64,000 nucleotides of DNA from Octopus sinensis (Eukaryota), in contig NC_043005.1 in assembly GCF_006345805.1 (NCBI RefSeq), positions 92,132,001 to 92,196,000 of the forward strand, in the 5' to 3' direction. Positions 9,646-52,557 of the stretch are shown here, one piece after another (within the stretch, counting starts at the first letter, position 1; every line of letters starts with the position of its first letter). Made by a program: the position numbers and the translations under genes. Below the pieces are notes generated by a model that was not told where the DNA came from, did not search any database, and worked only from the letters and a program-made list of their open reading frames with translations.

Positions 9646-12600
9646 TAATAACTACAGGGGCATCAAGCTGTTGGATCAGGTAATGAAGGTTACGGAGAGG
9701 GTTATAGCCCAGTTAATTAGAGAGAGAGTTAGCTTAGATGATATGCAGTTTGGGTTCGTTCCAGGGAAAAGTACTACTGATGCTATATTCCTGGTAAGAC
9801 AGCTGCAGGAGAAAAAATACTAGCCAAAGGTAAGCCCTTGTACCTGGCTTTTGTTGACTTAGAGAAAGCCTTTGACAGGGTCCCCCAATCCCTTATCTGG
9901 TGGTCAATGAGGAAACTAGGGATAGATGAATGGTTAGTTAGAGCTGTGCGAGCCATGTACAGAGACGCAGCTAGTAAGGTGAGGGTTGGCAACGAGTACA
10001 GTGAAGAATTCCAGGTAGAGGTTGGGGTCCACCAAGGTTCAGTCCTCAGCCCCCTCCTATTTATCATAGTCCTCCAGGCAATAACGGAAGAATTTAAGAC
10101 AGGATGCCCCTGGGAGCTCCTATATGCTGATGACCTTGCTCTTATTGCTGAGTCACTATCAGAACTGGAGGAGAAGTTTCAGATGTGGAAGCAAGGATTA
10201 GAATCGAAGGGCCTTAGAATCAACCTAGCCAAAACCAAAGTCCTAATAAGTAGGAAGGTGGACCAACCACAAACGACTTCAGGTAGATTGCCCTGCTCGA
10301 TCTGTAAAAAAGGTGTAGGTAGAAACTCTATAAGGTGCACCAAGTGTAAGCTATGGACACATAAGAGGTGCAGCAATGTCAAAGGAAGGCTAACTAAGAA
10401 AATAGTTTTTGTCTGTGGCAGATGCTCAGGAGAAATAAACACTGGAAATGTGCAGAGACCAACTTCTACCACGTTCCAGGGAGACAAACTAGAAGTAGTT
10501 GATAGCTTCCGCTACCTAGGAGACCAAGTCAGTAGCGGGGGTGGTGTGCTGAAAGTGTAACTGCTAGATTAAGAATAGCCTGGGCAAAGTTTAGAGAGCT
10601 CTTACCCCTGCTGGTGACAAAAGGCCTCTCGCTAAGAGTAAAAGGCAGACTATATGATGCGTGTGTACGTACAGCCATGCTACATGGTAGTGAAACATGG
10701 GCCGTGACAGCTGAGGATATGCGTAAGCTTGCAAGAAATGAAGCCAGTATGCTCCGATGGATGTGTAATGTCAGTGTTCATAATCGTCAGAGTGTAAGTA
10801 CTTTGAGAGAAAAGTTGAACCTAAGAAGTGTCAGTTGTGGTGTGCAAGAGAGACGGCTGCGCTGGTATGGTCATGTGACGAGAATGGCTGAAGATAGTTG
10901 TGTGCAAAAGTGCTACACCCTAGCAGTTGAGGGAACCTGTGGAAGAGGTAGACCCAGAAAACCTGGGACGAGGTGGTGAAGCACGACCTTCGAACTTTAG
11001 GTCTCACCAAGGAAATGACTGAAGACCGAGTCCTATGGAAGTGTGCTGTGCATGAGAGGACCCGGCAGGACTAGTCAGGCCATATCCCGTGGCCCCTACC
11101 TGGGACGTAGTCGATCCACCTGTGCATACCTTCCTTCTTGTGACACTTGTGAAGACCTGCTGAGGCAAGTGAAAATCAATCAAAATAGATGAACATCAAT
11201 GGAATTTGTATCTTGTGGTACCAGTGCCTGTGGCACACAAGAAAACCATCCGAACGTGGCCGTAGCCAGTACCGCATCGACTGGCCTCCGTGCTGTGGGA
11301 ACATGGTGGCACATAAAAACACCATCCGAAGACCCGGCAAGACTAGTCAGGTCATAACCCGTGGGCCCTACCTGGGACGTAGTCAGTCCACCTGTACATA
11401 CCTTCCTTCTTGTGACACTTGTGAAGACCTGCTGAGGCAAGTGAAAATCAAATCAAATCAAAACAATCAAAATAGATGAACATCAATGGAATTTGTATCC
11501 TTGTGGTACCAGTGCCGGTGGCACACAAGAATCCATCCGAACGTGGCCGTAGTCAGTACCGCTTGTGGTACCAGTGCCGGTGGCACACAAGAATCCATCC
11601 GAACGTGGCCGTAGTCAGTACCGCATCCCTGGCCATCGTGCTGTGGGCACATAACAAACACCATCCGGTCGTGGCCGTTCGCCAGCCTCATCTAGCACCT
11701 GTGTCGGTGGCACATAAAAAGTAGTCAGTACCGCTTGTGGTACCAGTGCCGGTGGCACACAAGAATCCATCCGAACATGGCCGTAGTCAGTAGTACCCGC
11801 ATCACTGGCCATCGTGCTGTGGGCACATAACAAACACCATCCGGTCGTGGCCGTTCGCCAACCTCATCTAGCACCTGTGTCGGTGGCACATAAAAACACC
11901 TTCCGAAGACCCGGCAAGACTAGTCAGGCCATAAACCATGGCCCCTACCTGGGACGTAGTCAGTCCACCTGTGCATACCTTCCTCCTTGTGATACTTGTG
12001 AAGGCCTGTTGAGGCAAGTGAAAATCAAAATCAAATCAAAACAAATCAAAATAGACGAACATCAATGGAATTTGTATCTTTGTGGTACACAAGAGAAAAC
12101 CATCCGAAAGTGGCCGTAGCCAGTACCGCATCGACTGGCCTCCGTGCTGTGGGCACATGACAAACACCATCCGATCATGGCCGTTCGCCAGCCTCATCTA
12201 GCACCTGTGTCGGTGGCACATAAAAACACCATCCAAGACCGGCAAGACTAGTCAGGCCATAACCCATGGCCCCTACCTGACGTAGTCAGTCCACCTGGCA
12301 TACCTCCTTCTTGTGACACTTGTGAACCTGTTGAGGCAAGTGAAAATCAAAACAAATCAAAATAGATGAACATCAATGGAATCTGTATCTTTGTGGTACC
12401 AGTGCCGTGGCACACACTTTGTGGTACCAGTGCCGGTGGCACACAAGAGAACCATCCGAACGTGGCCGTAGCCAGTTCCGCATCGACGGGCCTCCGTGCT
12501 GTGGGCACGTAACAAACACCATCCGATCATGGCCGTTCGCCAGCCTCATCTGGCACCTGTGTCGGTGACACATAAAAACACCTTCCGAAGACCCGGCAAG

Positions 12601-13618
12601 ACTAGTCAGTCCACCTGTGCATACCTTCCTTCTTGTGACACTTGTGAAGACCGGTTGAGGCAAGTGAAAATCAAATCAAATCAAAATAGACAAAATAGAT
12701 GAACATCAATGGAATTTGTATCTTGTGGTACCAGTGCCTGTGGCACACAAGAAATCCATCAGTGCTGTAGTCAGTGCGGTGGGCACATGACAAACACCAT
12801 CCGATCGTGGCCGTTCGCCAGCCTCATCTAGCACCTGTGTCGGTGGCACATAAAAACACCATCCGAAGACCCGGCAAGACTAGTCAGGCCATAACCCATG
12901 GCCCCTACCTGGGACGTAGTCAGTCCACCTGTGCATACCTTCCTTCTGTGACACTTGTGAAGACCTGTTGAGGCAAGTGAAAATCAAAACAAATCAAAAT
13001 AGATGAACATCAATGGAATTTGTATTTTTGTGGTACCAGTGCCGGTGGCACGTGGCACATAAGAAAACCATCCGAACGTGGCCGTAGCCAGTACCGCATC
13101 GACTGGCCTCCGTGCTGTGGGCACGTAACAAGCACCATCCGATCGTGGCCGTTTGCCAGCCTCATCTGGCACCTGTGTCGGTGGCACATAAAAACAACCT
13201 TCCGAGCGTGGCCGTCTGCCAGCCTCGTCTGGCACCTGTGTCGGTGGCACATAAAAACACCATCCGAGCGTGGCCGTCTGCCAGCCTCGTCTGGCACCTG
13301 TGTCGGTGGCACATAAAAAACACCATCCGAGCGTGGCCGTCTGCCAGCCTCGTCTGGCACCTGTGTCGGTGGCACATAAAAAACACCATCCGAGCGTGGC
13401 CGTTTGCCAGCCTCGTCTGGCACCTGTGTCGGTGGCACATAAAATCACCCACTACACTCTCGAGTGGTTGGCGTTAGGAAGGGCATCCAGCTGTAGAAAC
13501 ACTGCCAGATCTGACTGGACTGGTGCAGCTTTCGGGCTCCCCAGACCCCAGTTGAACCATCCAACCCATGCTAGCATGGAAAGCGGACGTTAAATGATGA
13601 TGATGATGATGATGATGA
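9646..13618 (+). mobile_element. RTE LINE copy 2, 5'-truncated and frameshifted, with a ~2.5-kb amplified 3' UTR
   Basis: RT fragments (ORFs 9575..9823, 9838..10560, 10614..10979) nearly identical to copy 1; stop at ~11072-11074; tandem UTR array; (GAT)n tail ending ~13618; 5' end at a (TA)n tract. Confidence 0.95.
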
Positions 13619-13732
13619 CATATACATATATATATATATATATACATATGTATATATACATATGCATATATATATATAGATACATATATACTATGTATAT
13701 ATACATATGCATATATATATATACATATATAC

Positions 13733-13785
<53 letters not shown>

Positions 13786-13788
<3 letters not shown>

Positions 13789-14100
13789 ATCCAAACATGA
13801 AAGACAAAACACAACAACGCGAGGACGTGGAACAAGTATAGTGTTATTGACGCTCAGGAAAAGTAAGAAAGAAGGAGGATTTAACGTTTCGAGCGGAGCT
13901 CTTCGTCAGAAACATAGAAAAAGGAAAGGTCCAGGGAAGGGGAGATGGAGAAAGAAAATAGCCAATGACACATGCAGTGACATATTGAAATAACCAGAAG
14001 GGAATGGGTGAAGAAAAAGTTCTTTCAAAGACAGGAGAGTGCAAGAGAAGGAGATATGTGTGGGGGGGGGTGTAGGTTTGTGTGTGTGTGTAATGATAGC
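13786..14100 (-). mobile_element. Penelope-like terminal repeat remnant
   Basis: Shares acgtggaacaa...gacgctcaggaaag with 525-575 and contains a hammerhead-like core; the family assignment is inference. Confidence 0.5.
13879..13913 (-). ncRNA. Minimal type I hammerhead ribozyme-like motif with canonical core
   Basis: Minus strand: GUUU-CUGACGA-A-GAGC-UCC-GCUC-GAAAC-GUU-AAAU; CUGANGA and GAAA intact, 4-bp helix II, palindromic ACGU helix III. Confidence 0.65.
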
Positions 14101-15060
14101 ACGTATGTGTGTGGTTGTAGCTGTTTATCAATGTTTGTAGTTGGGCTTAGTATCATTTAAGGTCATAGGAAGAATTTATAGGATTTTTTGTGTAGGAGTG
14201 ACTGCGTGTTGTGTGTCTACCTACACATTAGCGTTAGGAGAATGGTCAGTTGAAGGTACTGGTAGTTTGAAGTATGTGTGTGCACGTGTATGTATATGTA
14301 GTGTGTGTATGTTTTGCTTGCAGTGTGTGTGTATGTATGTATGTATGTGTATGCATAGGGGTTGTGTATGGGGGAGTAACTGTACTTTACTCTGTCTATG
14401 TGTGCTTGTATGTGCGTATATGTGTGTACATGTATGTATAATTGTGTGCGTGTACGTATGAGTGTGTGCTGTGTGTGTCTATATATGTATGTTTGTGTGC
14501 GTGTATGCATATATTGTGTGTGTATGTATGTGTATGGTTTGTGTAGGCGTATATGTGCATACCTGTGTGTATGTGTGTGCATGCATGTACTTACGTGCAT
14601 GTTTGTGCCCATGTGTGTGTAATTGTGAGCGTGTCTGTATGTGCATTGTGTATGTTGGAGGTATATGTGCTAGTGTGTGTGTGTGCTCACGTGTGTATAT
14701 GTGTGTGTGCATGTATGTATGTGCGTGTGTACATTTGTGTGTGTGTGTATGTGCGTGTGTTGGGTTATGTGTGCCTTTTGTTGCATGTATGCTCATGTGC
14801 TTGAGTGTGTATGTGGTTGTGTGTACATTTATGTGTGTGTGTATAAAGGTATGTGTGTCTGTGTGTGTGGGGGTTGTGTGGGATAGGTATCTGTCAATTC
14901 CTGTGTGTGTACATTTGTGCATGTGTGTGTGTGCATGCGCATGTTGTATGCGAGTGGGTGTGTGTGTGTATGTATGTGTGTGTGTGTGTATATGTGCATG
15001 TATGTGTGTGGGAGATATATGTGCGTTTGTGGATATGTACGTATGTGTGTGTATGTATAC
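14080..15060. repeat. Degenerate (GT)n-rich low-complexity region
   Basis: ~1 kb of interrupted GT repeats. Confidence 0.95.
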
Positions 15061-15104
15061 AGAAATAAAAACAATAAAATATAAACACATTGATATATAT
15101 CACA

Positions 15105-15480
15105 TTGATACCAGTGCCACCTAACTGGTTCCCATGCCAGTGGCACGAAAAAAGCACCCACTACACTCATGGAGTGGTTGGCATTAGGAAAGGCATCAAG
15201 CTGTAGAAACATTGCTAAATCAGATTACAGCCTGGTGCAGCCTCCTGGCTTGCCAGTCTCCAGTCAAACCATCCGACCCATGCCAGCATGGAAAAGGGAC
15301 GTTAAACAATGATGATGATAATGATGATCATCATCATCGTTTAACGTCCGCTTTCCATGCTAGCATGGGTTGGACGGTTCAACTGGGGTCTGGGAAGCCC
15401 GAAGGCTGCACCAGGCCAGTCAGATCTGGCAGTGTTTCTACAGCTGGTTGCCCTTCCTAATGCCAACCACTCCGAGAGTG
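15105..15480. mobile_element. Two RTE 3'-end fragments tail-to-tail (+ 15105-15328; - 15329-15480)
   Basis: A (GAT)n tail of the plus copy directly abuts the (ATC)n tail of the minus copy; both carry the shared RTE 3' terminal sequence. Confidence 0.9.
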
Positions 15481-15934
15481 TAAATGATGATGATGATGAT
15501 ATATATGTATATATTATTGTGTCTGGGGAGAGTCGTATATTAGTAAGCTAATTTGGACATTAAAATGTTTTTGATTGCATGGGAAATAATTAGTAAGGCA
15601 AAATCTTATAGAATAGGTGATAATAGACGTGACCTTTGTGTGGAAAATAAGTACCAAATTTTCACATCTGAATTTACTCTTTATAAACAGTTGACAGGAA
15701 CAGGCTATGAGATGTCCACACTGAACAAAATATATGTTTAAATGATTTCAATAAACATAACTTACCATCTATAGTAATTATACTAGTTAAAATAATGATT
15801 GTGTTAATAAATGCTATTTAATAACAATAATATTAACTGAGGGTATAAACCCAGAATAAGTGAGATACCGCTGAATAAAAATGTACTCCATACAGCAAAA
15901 TGTAAAGAAAACTGCTACAATTGTAATATAAATT

Positions 15935-16510
15935 ATCATTATCATCATTTAACGTCCGTTTTCCATGCTAGCATGGGTTGGACTGTTCGACCGGGGTCTG
16001 GAAAGCCAGGAGGCTGCACCAGGCCCAGTCTGGTCTGGCAGTGTTTCTACAGCTGGATGCCCTTCCTAATGCCAACCACTCCGTGAGTGTAGTGGGAGCT
16101 TTTTACGTGCCACTGGCACAGATACCAGGGGAGGCTGGCAGCGGCCATGATCGGTTGGTGCATTTTACATGCCACCGGCACAGAAGCCAGTCAAGGCGAC
16201 GCTGGCATCAGCTACGTTCAGATGGTGCTTTTTATGTGCCACTGGCACAGGTATCACAACTACAATTTCCATTTGATATTTATTTTGATGTTGATGTACT
16301 TGACTCAATAGGTCTCCTCAAGCACAGCAGGTCACCCTACGATCCAAGGTAAGCACAGCAGGTCGTTCTGCAATTCAAGGTACTTTGGATGGGCTTGGGG
16401 CTATGTGAAACTGGTGCAGGAAGCAGCCATGAACTCACATTATTTGTCGGGTCTTTGCAGTCACAGCATATCTCCAGAGATCTCGGTCTTTTGTCATTGT
16501 CTCTGTGAGG
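15935..16510 (-). mobile_element. RTE 3' UTR fragment
   Basis: Reverse complement of the RTE 3' end and UTR; near-identical in structure to 18915-19470. Confidence 0.9.
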
Positions 16511-17352
16511 TCATAAAGAAAATTTTTTAAACCACGATTCAACTGTAATACCAGCAGAGGTGATTATAAAACCAGAATTCAATTGGATTTAAAAAGTGAC
16601 ACTTTCACTTTCAGCTGAATACCAACACAGGAAGCTTGCTTGAATTAGTTCACTTTGAAAATATCATAAGTGATGGACCCTTGATGAAATTGCAGTGACT
16701 AGGATGCATAATTGCATACAGAGCAATGAGCAGTTGCTGCAGTAGAAACATATGTTGGCCATTGTTATATATGCTGTAGAAAACTTTATCAATAAAAAAC
16801 TGAATAAATCTCCACTCTCCTTTTGGTCTCCAATTATATATGTATGTATCAAAAACGTGAGGAGGTATGAGAAGTGAATATATTCATTTATCCACTTGAT
16901 ATTCATAAGCCTTCATCATATAATAATAATTTCAATGTATAATAAATTATTTTACACTGAAATTATGTACTGAAATTTTTTATTACATGATGAAAGCTGC
17001 AATACAGCTTTATCCCATGGATATCAAATGGTTAAATAAACATATTCACCTCCCATGTCGCCTGACTTTTTATGATGTATATACTCCACATGAAATAATT
17101 TCATAGATTGGATCTACGAGATTTTAGCTACAAAGGACTCTACATTACACTCCTCAGTACTAGATTACTATTTGTCAGGTCCTTTCTGTGATTGCCACAG
17201 GATTCTATAAAGTCGTGTGTGTGTACATGCATGTATGTGTGTGTATGTACATATATTATATATTTAATAATAATTTGAGGGAATATTGATCCAAACTTAC
17301 AGGGATAAATTCAATTTAGAAATACTAAATCAAATTTCACAAAATATAATAT

Positions 17353-17600
17353 ATATATAAATCAGAAAAAAAAACACCTTTTATCAATTCAAAATGAAAA
17401 ATTAAATTACACCATCTAGAAAATTACATATAATAGAAATATTACCAAATATATACGTATTATTTTGCACATTACTTAATTATCGGTATATTATTTTTTA
17501 TCTCACATTTAATATTTCTATTATATGTAATTTTCTAGATGGTGTAATTTAATTTTTCCTTTTGAATTGATAAAAGGTGTTTTTTTTCTAATTTATATAT
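17353..17600. repeat. Fold-back element: ~92-bp inverted arms (17353-17444 / 17510-17600)
   Basis: aaacaccttttatcaattcaaaa...atagaaatatta mirrored by taatatttctat...taaaaggtgtttt; 2-3 differences. Confidence 0.9.
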
Positions 17601-18368
17601 ATATTTATATATATAATGTAACATCAGGATGAAGGTTAATAACCTTTGATGTAGGTTTTGCAGTCATTTTCATATATTTGTCATTCCATTTGATAATTGG
17701 GTCATTCAAATTCACGAAAAACATTATTGCCATGAAGTTAGTCATTTAAATTCATTTTCTAATTATTCAATTTCACACTTTGGTCAAAGAATTTAGTATT
17801 CACATCATTCAAATTAAAATGCTCATTGAGAGCATTCAAATTAGTCGGAATGCGAGGAAGCGTCTTTCTGTGCATTCAAATTCGTTTCAGAGCAATCTGT
17901 TTAACACTTCAAGCAATCAAATTAGCACAATAACTGTTTCGGATTTTGTCTTATGATCATTGTTATCTTAATCATGTGTCTTCATCCATTGTTTATGCTT
18001 TAAGCACTCTGTCGAGCGCCCATGTCTTTCTTGTGTGTTCTTTTATTTTTTGTATAGGTACCTGTATCCTAACAATGGATGAATCACTTCATGAATCACT
18101 TTCTAGCCTTTGCAATCTTTTTAAAGAAACTCATAATTATAATAATATGCTCCCCAGTGATAGAGAAAATGCAAAATCAAAGAAATATATACTTTTCCCA
18201 GCGAGACACATTATGCAAAGAAGAACACACATCACAGCATAAAGTATTGAAAATCAAAGAAAATGAGCATTTGTTGTAATTGTGAGTTTCTAAGGTATAA
18301 CATGTGGCAGCCACACAACAGTATAGGAGCTCTTAAACATGCATTACACAGGTTTTACCCAAAATACA

Positions 18369-18403
<35 letters not shown>

Positions 18404-18866
18404 AGCAGTAGCATTTAACACTCTTTTTCTATGCTGGCACAGATGGATGGTTTGATGGAAGCTGCCCAAATTCCATATCGTTTTGGCAGGGTTTCTATGG
18501 TTAGGTACCCATCCTAATGCTAACCTCTTTACAGAGTGTGGACTGGGTGCTTTTACATAGCTAGGACATGAGTGCTTTTATGTGGAACTGGTACAGGTGC
18601 CTTTTTACATGACACCAGCACCCATGAGCCCATAAGATTAGGAACACTCAGTTGGAGAGGGATGCAGGGGACATACCTGAATGCAAGGACAACCACAATT
18701 TTACTTAGCTTGACATATCTTCTCAAGTACAGCAAACTGCCAGGAGCCACAGTCCCCTGTCATCTCCTTTGTGAGTCTCAATGTCTGTGGGTCCTTTCTC
18801 ACTACTCCATCTTTGTCCCACATCTTTCTGGGCCTACCCCTTCAACATGTTTCCTCCACAATTATA

Positions 18867-18914
<48 letters not shown>

Positions 18915-18917
<3 letters not shown>

Positions 18918-20045
18918 TCATCATCATCATTTAACGTCCGTTTTCCATGCTAGCATGGGTTGGACCATTTCACCAGGATCTGTGAAGCCATAGGGGCTGC
19001 AACAGGCTCCAGTCTGATCTGGCAATGTTTCTACAGCTGGATGCCCTTCCTAATGCCAACCACTCCATGAGTGTAGTGGGTGCTTTTTACATGCCACTGG
19101 CACAGGTGCCAGGGGAGGCCGGCAACAGCCACGATCAATTGGTGCTTTCTACATGCCACTGGCACAGAAGCCAGTCAAGGCAGTGCTGGCATCAGCCACG
19201 TTCAGATGGTGCTTTTTAAGTGCCACTGTCATGGGTATCACAACTACAATTTCCATTTGATATTTATTTTGATGTTGATGTACTTGACTCAATAGGTCTC
19301 CTCAAGCACAGCAGGTCACCCTACAATCCAAGGTACTTTGGATGGGCTGGGGCTGCTATGTGAAGCTGGTGCAGGAAACAGCCATGAACTCACGTTATTT
19401 GTCGGGTCTTCGCAGTCACAGCATATCTCCAGAGGTCTCAGTCTTTTGTCATTGCCTCTGTGAGGCCCAACGTTCGAAGGTCATGCTTGACCACCTCATC
19501 TCATGTCTTCCTGGGTCTACCTCTACCCCAGATTCCTTCAACTGTTTGGGAGTGGCACTTCTTCACACATCTTTCCTCATCCATCCATAGTACATGACCA
19601 TACCAGCACAAACGTCTCTCTTGCATGCCACATCCGATGCTTCTTATGTCCAGCAATTCTCTCAGGGCACTTACACTCTGTCATGTGTGCACACTGACAT
19701 TACACATCCAGCGGATCATGCTAGCTTCATTTCTTTCTAGCCTATATATGTCCTCTGCAGTCACAGCCCATATTTCACTACCATGAAGCATGGCATTTCG
19801 CACACATGCGTCATACAATCTACCTTTCACTCTGAGCGAGAGACCCTTTGTCACCAGTAGGGGTAGGAGCTTTCTAAACTTTGCCCAGGCTATTCTTATT
19901 CTGATGGTAACACTCTCTGAGCATCCACTTCCACTACTAACTTGGTCACCTAGGTAGCGGAAACTATCAACTACTTCTAGTTTCTTCCCCTGGAGTGTAA
20001 TGGAATCTATTTTCTGAGTATCAGTGGTGTCTATTGCTTCTGTGC
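18915..20045 (-). mobile_element. RTE LINE 3' fragment (RT C-terminus plus UTR)
   Basis: Reverse complement of the RT C-terminal region (LEVVDSFRYLGDQ homology) and UTR; (ATC)n tail abuts (TA)n at 18915; 5' end also next to TA repeats. Confidence 0.9.
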
Positions 20046-20766
20046 ATATATATATATATGTAGAAAGAAAGAAAGAAAGATGTTATGTGTCATGCAAAAA
20101 GAAGTCATGCTTGTCCCCGAAGTCTTCCCACTTTTCCTTTTCTCAGTCAATATCACAGACCATATTCATAAAAAATGCAAATAAACTTTAATGAAATTCT
20201 TTCCCCATAACTACTGATTTAGTAATTATTCTGCCAACAGAATTTGTACGGCCAACAATCTTATCTTTAAGATATTGTGTTTCCTTTCCATTTTATGCAA
20301 ATTAATTTAAACCAAACATCATGTATGCTTAAACAGAGAAAGATGCTTATTAATCAGTTATGAGTATGCCACTTTTATTGAATGAAAGCAATTACTAAAG
20401 TTCACATTGTCTAAAAAATTCTTATAAATTCCAGTTTTGATATTTTTATCAAAATGTGACTGAAAATTCTATTATTATTGAAGATCCCAACTATATGTTT
20501 CAACCAGAAAACTAATTGTAATTCACTTTGAGATAGTCATTGTTTTTTAATGTCTTACTCTCGTCTGTCTTTGTCTCATCTGTCTCGTACATACTTCATC
20601 TGAATATCCCTTGCTTTCTATTATTTCTTTGTTTATCTCCTCTTTTCCTATTAGTTTTTCTCTATCCCTACCCTTATAACTTTTCCTATCTCACTTATCC
20701 TCATCGTTTTTTCCCAGTGTCTTACTCCTTTGCCTCATTGTCTCTTTTCTCTCTAACACATATCAC

Positions 20767-20819
<53 letters not shown>

Positions 20820-21332
20820 CTTTGCTCATTCTCTACTTCCTCTATTCAACTATTTTCATTACATATAAAGGATCACAAAGTTTTCCATTACTATACTTTG
20901 GGAACATTTGCGGAAAATTTTCCATCAAATGTAACATTCAAACATAAGCCATCTTAATGCAAACACGAGTGACTGTTCTTATGATTTTGTTCTTTTTACA
21001 AACTCTTATTTACATTAATTCTTTGAATTCTTTCACACGATTATCATTTTCAGTTATTATGTTTCTACATTTTCCTCAAATCTTGTATATGCAAAATTAA
21101 GACAATATGTGCACATACACACACATACACACACACACACACACACATACACACACACACACACACATTGGCAGATATACACATTAAAGCAGTTTTGTAC
21201 AAACAAACATGATATATATACTAACAAAAAGAAACCACCAGAGGGCAATGTTTCTGCTTGTGCATATAATGCAGTCTCCCACCACCAATCTGCGTTAATA
21301 ACTATGTACATGCATACATACATAGACATCTA

Positions 21333-22000
21333 CATTCAGGGGTGAGACAATATAATTGAAATACCTTACGAAATGGAAGAAGTTTTTTTATTTAATACAA
21401 AGCTGGTCGACTTTTGGCATTAATCACAGCTTTAAAATATCAAGTGATTGACTTGTAAAGGTCCTGAACAGTTATAGGGATATAACAGTTGTGGGGGATA
21501 AAACCCAAGTGATCTACTTTACTTCTGTGTCTTTAAAACTAATTTTGAATAACTAATTGTGTGAATTGACTTATTATCATTCTGGAAGATTATGCTACCA
21601 ACAGAGAATATTTGTACCATAAGATGGACTTTATCAGCCAAAATATTCAGATAATCTTTGTTGTTAACACTGCCATGTCGAATAACTAAACAGTCAAGAA
21701 AATTCAGTATTATAGCTGCCCAGATCAAATCAGAAACATCTCTATGTTTCACAGTTAGAGCAAAACAGTTTCCAGACATAAATTCCCCAAAAAGGGGAAA
21801 AGGGTGAATGATGATTTATCAGAATAGATGATATTGTTTTATTGAGCCAGTGACCAACTCTGATTATCTGGGCACCATTTTTTCTGCTTAGCAATATTGA
21901 CAAGAGAGATTCAGCAACTGCAGCTCTCCCCTTGTGTCCACCTTTATGGCATATGGCATTCATTACATTACCCTTAACTTTTTTAACCAAATTAACCAAT
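21333..22000 (-). mobile_element. Tc1-like DNA transposon relic
   Basis: ORF 21519..21779 (IWAAI...GSVNNKDYLNILADKV...IFQNDNKSIHT) resembles the Tc1 DDE core (VWG.IS...Y..IL...FQQDNAP.HT). Boundaries approximate. Confidence 0.7.
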
Positions 22001-22122
22001 TGGTCAATTTGAGTTAATTTTCTTGGCCCATTTTTTAAAACTTAGTTTTGTATGTTCCAAAGTTCTATGTTAAAAAAAAAGTACAATAGGAAAAACTATA
22101 CAAATAATTGTGTTTAGCATTG

Positions 22123-22147
22123 TTTATTTTTGATTGCATTGTTTATT
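22123..22147 (-). other. Candidate polyadenylation signals (two AATAAA) of the minus-strand SLC22 gene
   Basis: TTTATT on plus at 22123-22128 and 22142-22147, ~470-490 nt past the stop codon; AT-rich context lowers specificity. Confidence 0.35.
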
Positions 22148-22615
22148 TTCATTGACATTTAAGTTTTTTTAAAATACATTTTGGATTTTACATCTTTTCA
22201 CTAAATTTTTTAATCAAGTTTTGAGTGAATTGTTAGTTTTCGTAAAAGAAAAAGAAACAAACAATTTTGGTTTCTCATTGCATGTATGTGTGGAAGACTT
22301 AGTTATTCAAAATAAATACCAGTCATACAATGAGGTTCATTTAGCTGTTGAGTAGTATCCATCACCATTCACAACTGTCCTTGTTTTTTTGTCAAAAGAA
22401 ATCATTATTGTAGTTATTTTTGTTGCAGTTGTGTTACTTTATAATGTAATTATTGAAAACTTTAGCCATGAAAGGTTTTGTTTCCGAAGGAAAAATTTGT
22501 TTATAAATATAATTAAAAACGTTGTTGACTAGCTATACCGACTCTGATTGTATCGCAACTGTTAGGTTTTCATTAAAAGTCTACTTTGCTGTACAAAGAG
22601 AGTTTCACTCACCAT

Positions 22616-52557
<29,942 letters not shown>

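Noticed and set aside
11155-11200. CTG(C/T)TGAG-GCAAG-(C/T)GAAA in RTE 3' UTR units as a hammerhead
   Set aside because: It resembles CUGANGA...GAAA, but A6 is always substituted, helix II is one pair, and I could not find helix I or a consistent helix III. Not supported without covariation data.
11075-13450. CRISPR-like repeat array
   Set aside because: Eukaryotic context, no unique spacers, and the units are LINE UTR modules.
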